Shown here: positions 55,911-64,000 of the stretch, piece after piece | Layout: the number at the start of each line of letters is the position of its first letter | How positions within the stretch are numbered: position 1 is the first letter of the stretch | Source of the DNA: Planktothrix sp. GU0601_MAG3 | GTDB lineage: Bacteria > Cyanobacteriota > Cyanobacteriia > Cyanobacteriales > Microcoleaceae | DNA: 64,000 bases | Assembly (NCBI GenBank): GCA_035193785.1 | Contig: CP136572.1 | Location: 1,588,577-1,652,576, forward strand | Direction: 5' to 3' | Made by a program: the position numbers and the translations under genes | The notes under the pieces: model-generated | Databases searched by the model: none | What the model was told of the DNA's origin: nothing | The model's input: the letters and a program-made list of their open reading frames with translations, nothing else

Positions 55911-56928
55911 ACCCTAAAGGTTCATCACGACGGTCAACCGCACGAAGGCGACTTAATCTATCCGTTGCCCATCTTGCCATTTCTTGAACTTCTGGATCGG
56001 GATCATCCATGGCTCGTTGTAAAATTTGACTCATTTGGGTGGCTAAATCATAAATTCGGGTTAAATCTCGAATGGCATTTTTTCTAACTTCTGCATTTTC
56101 ATCTTGAAGGGACAAACTTAAGGCTCGGTTGAGGGGTTTTAAGGTGCGAGTTCCAATTTCTGAAAGGGCGGCTAAAACTAAACTGCGCTGATTTGAGTCG
56201 GAATTAATTAATAACTCTAATAAAGCTTGAATTGCTCGGGAATCTCCGGCTTGAGCTAGTTCCCAAATGGCATTATTCCTAATATTAGGGTTAGTCTGTT
56301 TTAAATCATTAATCCATTGTTCCTGGGAATCGAGTTTAGGAGGATGGGGCGATGTCTCTATTAATGAGGAACTCACCGGGGATGGTGGCTGTGGTGTATC
56401 GGTTTTAGAAATTTGTAATGTCGCCCCTTGATGACTATTCTGTTCTGAGAACACAGAAGGTTGGATCACCGTCGGGGCAGTTTGGGGCTGTTCCTTGACA
56501 GATGGGGAGGGCTCAGGATCAGATGCAGGGAGGGTTTGCCCCTGAATATCAACGACCTTACCTTCTTCGGGATCGGAGGGACTGATCAGCCGAATTAAGA
56601 TTAAAATTGCTCCGACCGTGATAATTAAAGCCCCTATCCCAAGAATTAATACTTTGGAGGGGAGACGAAAACCTGATTTTTGGGGAGGTGGGGATGTTTT
56701 AGGATTTGGGGTAGGGGGTTTTTCTGGGTTGGTTTGGGCCAGTTGCCAGGATACATCGGAACTCCCTAACGGTAAAGTGGGGAAGCGCTCGCCTGTGTGT
56801 GTCAGGGGTTGGGTTTTGTTGGCAACCGCGGCCATAGTCCTACCACCTGGGTAGGAAGTTCCACCCCAGGAGGCAATATAGACCAAGAGAAATAGGGTCA
56901 GGCGATAAAAAGGAGCCATAAGACTCAA
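55909..56928 (-). CDS. Membrane-anchored HEAT-repeat protein
   Basis: TM helix, Pro-rich linker, HEAT repeats (RNNAIWELAQ, D.NAEVRKNA, D.DPEVQ..A). Confidence 0.8.
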   Translation of the reverse strand: MSLMAPFYRLTLFLLVYIASWGGTSYPGGRTMAAVANKTQPLTHTGERFPTLPLGSSDVSWQLAQTNPEKPPTPNPKTSPPPQKSGFRLPSKVLILGIGALIITVGAILILIRLISPSDPEEGKVVDIQGQTLPASDPEPSPSVKEQPQTAPTVIQPSVFSEQNSHQGATLQISKTDTPQPPSPVSSSLIETSPHPPKLDSQEQWINDLKQTNPNIRNNAIWELAQAGDSRAIQALLELLINSDSNQRSLVLAALSEIGTRTLKPLNRALSLSLQDENAEVRKNAIRDLTRIYDLATQMSQILQRAMDDPDPEVQEMARWATDRLSRLRAVDRRDEPLG

Positions 56929-57014
56929 TAAATTTGTAATTGGCTAGGGTGAATATTAGGGGAATCAATCGTTTTGTTAGTTTAACCTGTACCCGTAGGA
57001 AACCTATTGAAAAA

Positions 57015-59788
57015 ATGATCGGAGATAGCAAATCCCAAGAACGCAAATTCATTGCCACTGAACCTCTATTTTTGGCGGGAGAACAGGCGGAATACCAGGT
57101 CTGGACTAGCATTTGTCAAAGCTTTGCCCAACGAGATTGTATTGCCTATTGGCGCTATCCGATTTTCTCGAAACTGGGAGGGTTTCGTAAGGAAACCCGA
57201 TATTTTAATCGTAGATGCAGAATGGGGATTAATTATTATTGAGGTGAAATCAATAACAATTGAGCAAATTCTCGGGATTAGAGGTCATTGCTGGGAACTA
57301 CAAGAATCTTATACCACCCAGTCTAACCCTTATCAACAGGCTGAACATCAATTATTTGCCCTATTAGAATATTGCCATTTAGAAACCATCCTCCGTCGGG
57401 GTGTTGCGGGTCGTGTATTGGTCGCCTTACCCCGGATTCTGGAGTCTCAATGGCGGTATCGGGGATTTGACCTGCTCCCGAGTTGTCCCCCAATTTTATT
57501 TCGAGAAGATTTAATCATCGGGTCGGCGGAAAGCGGGGAAAAGTTGGGTTTAATCGAACGGATTAAAACGGCCCCCTTGCTGGCAAAAGCGGGGGAAATG
57601 TCCCCGGAACAATGGCGGGCCTTAAAGGCGGTGATTAGTGGGACGCCGTTATTGAGGACGCCGACCCGTCGATTTTTTTTGAGTCCCCAGGATTATTTGG
57701 AACCTTCTTTAACCCGCAGTGCGGTATTAGAAACGGTCAGACAACGTATTTTTGAATTGGATTTACAACAGGAACAAATTGCTAAGGTGATTCCCCCGGG
57801 GCCCCAACGAATTCGCGGAATTGCAGGTTCAGGCAAAACCGTTTTATTATGTCAAAAAGCGGTACAAATGCACCTGAAATACCCAGAGTGGGATATTGCA
57901 TTAGTATTTTTTAGTCGCAGTTTATATGAACCAATTTTGGAGCAGGTGGATCAATGGTTAAGGCGATTTAGTTGTAATCAAATTGGCTATGATCCGCGCA
58001 ATTCTAAATTAAAAGTTCTCCATGCTTGGGGAGCAAAAGATCAACAGGGTTTTTATCGAACTATTTGTCAGGCGGCGGGGATTTGGAGCCAAAGTTTACA
58101 ACAAACCAGCCGTTTAAAAGCTAATGAATCTTTAGCAGAAGTTTGTTTACATTTATTGAAATCCGCTATAATTCCGGCTATTTTTGATGCAGTTTTAATT
58201 GATGAAGGTCAGGATTTTATGGTGGAGGATGACCTGAAATTTGAGGGAAAACAGCCTTTTTATTGGATGGCTTATCAAGCTTTACGTCCGGTGACGGTTC
58301 CCGAAGGTCATAGTGCTGAAATGCCGCTAAAACGATTAATTTGGGCCTACGATGAAATCCAAAGTTTAGACAGTTTAAAAATTCCCACGGCGAGTGAATT
58401 ATTTGGGGATGAATTGGGACAATTAGTTACAGGAGAATATGGCAATGGTATTCAAAAAACAGAGATTATGTCTCGATGTTATCGAGTTCCCGGGGAAATT
58501 TTAACGGCGGCCCATGGCTTGGGTTTGGGATTATTGCGTCCCCAAGGATTATTAACCGGAACTGTTTGGGCTAAGGACTGGGAAATGCTGGGTTATCAAG
58601 TGATCTCACCTGCTTTAAAAACAAAGGAAAAATCTCCTGTTAATGCTTCTGTTAAAGCTGAAGAAATGATCACTTTAAAACGTTCTGAGGAAAATTCCCT
58701 GAATCCCATGGCTCAGTTATGGAAAAAACCTTTGATTGAATTTGAGGCCTATCATTCTCGTTCAGAGGAATTAATTGATTTAAGCGATCGCCTAATTTAT
58801 AACTTAAAAATTGACGGGTTGCGCCCCAGTCGAGAAATTTTAATTATTGTTTTAGGAATTGGCGGGGAAACGATACAACTACAAACCTATATTGCTAACT
58901 TTTTAATTCAGCAAGGACTTGATATTTTTATCCCGGGAACCTCGGATTGCAATATTCTCAAACCCAGTTATCATAATGCCCATGGGAATCAATTTTGGTG
59001 TGAAGGCGGGGTGACGATTTCTCGGATTCATCAAGCTAAGGGAAAGGTCGCCGATATGGTTTATATTATCGGTTTAGAACAGATAGCGATCGCAGAAAAT
59101 AACCTTAATTTTCGCAATCAATTATTTGTCGCCATGACACGTTCTCGAGGTTGGTTACGATTAAGTGGTTTAGGTTCCTATCCGCTCTATGAGGAGTTAG
59201 CACGGGTGATCAAAAGTGGCAATACTTTCACCTTTTCTCGGTCATTTTTACCTCAACGGGATATTAGTATTAGCACTGGGGGGGAAACTGATGCGCAGAT
59301 ATAAAAATGGCGATCGCAATTTTCAAGGAGCAAACCTATCGGGTTTGGATTTAACCGGAGTCAATTTAAGTTATGCTAATTTAATTGGGGCTAATCTCCA
59401 AAATGCCAATCTCACCCAAGCCAACTTAAAACAGGCTAAATTAGTAGTAGCGAATTTAAGCCAAACGGAAATGACTGGTGCTAACTTACAGCGAGTCAAG
59501 TTAGTTAGTGCCAATTTACAACAAGCCCAATTGAATTTTTGCGATTTGAGGCGAGCAGATCTCAGGGATACCGATCTCCGTCAAGCACAACTAATGGGTG
59601 CTAATTTAAAAGATGCTAATTTAAGTGGGGCGAATCTAGCTCAGTCTAACCTTTCCGGTGCTAATCTCCAGGGAACGGTTCGACTTGGGGTAAACTGCAC
59701 AGAGGTGATTTGGAATGGGGCGATATTACCCGATGGTCGGATATTTCAGCCAAGCTCTGAACAACCTTCGCCGATCAACTATGATTAA
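57015..59788 (+). CDS. NERD nuclease + UvrD-like SF1 helicase + pentapeptide-repeat protein; +1 frameshifts at 57192 and 59284
   Basis: EPDILI...IEVK...NPYQQA; GIAGSGKT, IDEGQD, AYDEIQ, KG, LFVAMTRSR; A(N/D)LXX repeats. Confidence 0.85.
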
Positions 59789-59936
59789 AAGAGTTTGGGA
59801 TGTTCGTTGCTGGTCAACCATCAACCGTTAAACCCCAACCGCTTCGTAACTTGCCCTTCCTAACCGATAATAACTGAACTGGTGACTGTTAATTAACCCA
59901 CACCCCTTTCCGGTTTCGATAAGCGAGAATCCCGTT

Positions 59937-62900
59937 ATGATCACTTTACCCGGCTATCAGATTCTTAACCCTATTTATAACGGATCGAGAACACTCGTTT
60001 ATCGTGGAATTCGTTTGTCCGACCAGCGCCCTGTGGTGATTAAATTATTACGCAGTGAATACCCCAGCGTAGCATCCCTGATCGAATTTAGGAATCAATA
60101 TCGGATTACTAAAAATCTCAATATATCGGGAATTGTTCCGATTCTGGATTTGGAACCATATTCCAATGGGTTTGCCTTGATTATGGAAGATCAGGGTTAT
60201 ATTTCCTTGGCAGATTATTGGGTGAGTCGAGAATTAACCCTGGGTGAATTATTGAAAATTGCGATTGAAATTGCCCGGATTTTAGAACAGTTATATCAAA
60301 ATCGAATTATTCACAAAGATGTGAAGCTACAAAATATTTTAGTGCATCCCGAAACCCTGAAAATTCAACTGATCGATTTTAGTATTTCCACCCAATTTGA
60401 CCACCGAAATCAGGAAAACTTCAATCCTCAAGGGTTAGAAGGAACCTTAGCTTATATGTCCCCGGAACAAACGGGAAGAACTAATAGAGGTATTGATTAT
60501 CGCACGGATTTATATTCTTTAGGAGTCACCCTTTATCAATTATTCACGCGCCAACTTCCCTTCCAATCTTCTGAACCTTTAGAGTTAATTCATGCCCATT
60601 TAGCCCTCTTACCGTTGCCTTTAATTGAAATCAGACCTTCTTTACCTTTGATGTTAAATAATATTATTTTAAAATTGATGGCTAAAAATCCAGAGGAACG
60701 ATATCAAAATCCCTTGGGACTGTTACATGATTTAGAATTCTGTTTGGAACAGTGGGAAACCCTTGGGGATATTCCCCTATTTCCCCTAGCTACCATGGAC
60801 TTAAATGATCGCTTTATTATTCCTGATAAGTTTTATGGACGGGCATCAGAATTGGCTCGTTTAAGTTCAATTTTTCCAGAGATTCAATCAAAAATTATTG
60901 TAATTACGGGTCAATCGGGCATCGGAAAATCTTCCCTAGTTCAAGAATTTTATCAAAAAACTAGCCCCAATCAAGGTTATTTTATATCGGGTAAATTTGA
61001 TCAATTTAGAAATAATACTCCCTTTGGGGGATGGGTACAAGGAATTAAACAGTTAATTCAACAAATTTTAACAGAAACTCCGGCAAAAGTCGAAGATTGG
61101 AAAACCAAATTGATAGAAGCATTAGGAGAAAAAACCCAGGTGCTAGTCGATGTTATTCCCGAACTTAAATCTTTATTAAACCAGCAGGTTTTAACACCCG
61201 AATTAGAAGCAAATCTTGATCAAAATCAGTTTAATCGTTTAATTCTTAGGTTAATTCAAATCTTTGCTCAACCGCCCCATCCCTTAATTATTTTTTTGGA
61301 TGATTTACAATGGGCGGATATAGAATCCTTAAGATTAATTCAGGTATTAATGAGTCCTGAAAATTTATCCCAATCCCTCGTTTTAATTCTAGCCTATCGG
61401 GATCAAGAAATTGGAGAAACCCATCCTTTAAGGGAAACCTTACAAACCTTAGAAAATTTAGGAACTCCGATTGAACAGATTGTTTTAAATCCCTTAGAAG
61501 AATCTGCGATTAATCAAATGATAGCAGAAACTTTAGTTTGTTCCTTAGAAACTGGCTCAACCCCTAGCGGAATTAGTCAGCCAACAAACCCAGGGAAATC
61601 CTCTTTTTGTGCGTCAATTTCTCCAGTCCTTATATACGGAAGAACTAATCTGGTTTCATCCGCCCCAATCTTACCTTGGTAATCAAGATTTACTGGGGGG
61701 TTGGCAATGTGATTTAACAGCAATAAAAACTCGTTTTGTCAATCCTAATATTTTAGATTTAATTATTCATAAATTACAACAATTACCAGAACCAACCCAG
61801 GAAATTTTAAAATTTGCCGCCTGTTTGGGTCATCAATTTAACGCCTTTGATTTGGCAACGGTGACAGAAATATCCTATTTAGAAATTTTACAAGCCTTAG
61901 AAGTTGCTGCTCAGGTTCAATTAATTGTTAATATTAAAGAAATTTATCCCTTTTATTCCCTAGAAATGGGTGTGGGTTTTGGTTCAAAATTTGATCCAGA
62001 TGAAACTTTACCTTTATTAAAATCGGGAGTTGATCAATATAAATTTATTCATGATCGAATTCAACAAGCTGCCTATCTTTTAATTCCCAGTTCTCAACGA
62101 CAAGCTATTCATTTAAAAATAGGAAAGTTATTATTAAATCAAATTCAAAAACAGTTTAATCAACCCATAGAAATGGTTGTAAATGAACTTTTGCCGGAAA
62201 AATTACTCAATATTATTAATCAGTTCAATTTAGGAGTAGGTTTAATTAAAGGTGAAAAAGAACGTCATCAATTAGCATTATTTAACTTAATAGCTGGACG
62301 CAAAGCAAAGATAACCACCGCCTATCCAACGGCCGTTGGACATTTGGCAATTGGGATGGGATTATTGACCGCCAATAGTTGGGAAACTGACTATCAATTA
62401 ACCTTAGAATTGTATACAGAAGCCGCAGAGGTTGCATCACTGAGTCAAGATTTTGAATCTTTGAATGATTGGGGTAAAATTATATTAGAACAGGCTAAAA
62501 CCCTATCGGATCAAGTGAGAATTTATGAGTTATTGATTCAGGGGTATAGAAACCAACATCAAGATCAAAATGCGGTGAATCTTGCTTTAGCTGTTTGTCA
62601 ACAGCTTGGGGTGAGTTTGGGAGATGATTCTCCTTTAGAATCTTGGCAAGAATTAAGGCAAAATTTTATCAATTATTTGGCGGGAAGATCCCCTTTAGAA
62701 TTATTGGATTTACCCAAATTATCCGATCCTAATTTAGTCGCTTTATTTACTATTTTAACCGCCGCTTTTCCTTCAGCTTACGTTACTATCCCGGAACAAT
62801 TTCCTTTATGGGTGATCAGATTAGTGAATTTATCCTGTCAACGGGGAAATACGGCTTTATCCAGTTTAGTCTATGCCACATTCGGATTTATTCTTTGTAC

Positions 62901-64000
62901 CCAGGGAGAGATTGAATTGGGAAATCAAATGGGAGAATTAGCTTTAGAATTATCTGCGAAATTAGGGAATTATGAGCTAAAAATTAATGTCAAAAAAATA
63001 GTTTATACCCTAATTAAACCCTATAAATATTCCTTAAAAAATTTGTTATCACCCCTGCGACTTTATTCATTCCAAGCTCAAGAAATTGGGAATATTGAAC
63101 CCGGGTATTGTCTAGTTCAATCCTATATTGAAATAGCGGATATATTGGGTAAAGATTTATCTGAATTAGCATCAGAAATTAAGCATTTTTTAAATCAGTT
63201 TCGAGATTTCAAATCTCCATCAGAACTTATGGTCATTACCCACTATGAGCAAAAGTTACAAATTTTAAATGGGAAATTAGATCCCCAAACTCTACTTGAT
63301 TTTTCCCATGCTGAAACCCAAATTCAAAGAATAAGTGAAATCGGGCATTCTTCCCAGGAAATACCGTTTCAAGTGGCTTTAAATTTTATGGTTTTGACCT
63401 ATAGATTAGGGAAATTTCCACAGGCGCGGGAGTGGTGTCAACAGGCCGAATTATATTTGGATGGACAAACCTATTTTGTTTTTCTACCCGTTTTTTATTG
63501 TTATCAATCTCTAATTTATCTAGCTTTCTATGCTGAATCTTCGGCGGAGCAACAGTCTGATATTTTAGAGAAAGTTTCCTTAAATCTCGAAAAAATAAAA
63601 ATATATTCAACCTTGACCCCAGTAAACTTTTCCCATTATTTTTATTTAGTAGAAGCCGAATATAACCGGATTTCGGATAATTATGTTAAAGTGATGGAAG
63701 CCTTTGAACAAGCGATTGATTGGGCTAAAACCCATCAATTTATTCAGGAAGAAGCCCTCGGTCACGAATTAGCGGCTCAATTTTATTTGGATTGGGGAAA
63801 AGAAAAAATTGCTCGGGTATACTTAATTGATGCCTATTATGGTTATGCCCATTGGGGTGCTTTTGCTAAAGTTAAGAATTTAGAATCCCGCTATCCTCAA
63901 CTTTTGGATGCTATTTTGGAACAAATTATTGTCCCTAAAACCGGAGTCATAATCAGTACAAATACCGAAGAAACGATTATATCAGGTGGTGATGGAGGTT
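59937..64000 (+). CDS. Ser/Thr kinase-AAA ATPase multidomain sensor, runs off the window; +1 frameshift at GAAAC 61548-61552
   Basis: HKDVK..N, IDFS, GTLAYMSPEQTGR, GQSGIGKS, LDDLQWAD; next frame continues TQGNPLFV...F.HDRIQQAAY...AYYGYAHWGA. Confidence 0.9.

Noticed and set aside
4061..61682. Mass pseudogenisation or programmed frameshifting
   Set aside because: Breaks hit essential genes (dnaB, rplI), are single +1 events in one 4-mer context, and lack slippery heptamers or other signs of decay. A systematic sequencing error explains them best.
63386..63610. Minus-strand 74-aa ORF
   Set aside because: Antisense to the continuing kinase-AAA gene, which is open on the + strand to the window end.

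Overview
64 kb of chromosome from a filamentous cyanobacterium. Frequent HIP1 (GCGATCGC) octamers, psbI, a bilin lyase and AGAAACCGGGTTTCT-type repeats point to Oscillatoriales, probably Planktothrix-like (inference). Most of it is housekeeping: glgC, a GH13 enzyme, LptD-like protein, psbI, GH38 mannosidase, hemC, FKBP, intein-containing dnaB, rplI, gloB, a glycosyltransferase/ABC glycan locus, clpP-clpX, plsC, DsbA-like protein, cysC, an amino-acid ABC transporter, a NERD-helicase-pentapeptide protein and a large Ser/Thr kinase-AAA sensor. I found no rRNA, tRNA, CRISPR array or intact transposase. Main observations: (1) of about 22 frameshifts I resolved, 21 can be explained as a +1 insertion turning GAAC/GTTC into GAAAC/GTTTC, including in essential genes. 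This looks like a motif-specific sequencing artefact that may reveal a DNA modification, possibly Dnd-type phosphorothioation. (2) An AT-rich islet next to hemC encodes a tandem-Phd/YefM-like protein, a RelE/ParE-like + winged-helix fusion and a PD-(D/E)xK nuclease, behind a consensus promoter with a YefM-style operator. It is a candidate new TA/defence module. (3) A kaiB-kaiB pair with no adjacent kaiC (one copy with the natural G89A fold-switch residue) leads into a multi-PAS/GAF diguanylate cyclase. (4) An ABC exporter is fused to a pseudo-HisKA domain. (5) The DnaB P-loop intein carries an extra XRE-HTH. (6) REP-like repeats show tandem amplification of one arm. All family assignments come from motif recognition by eye, not database searches.
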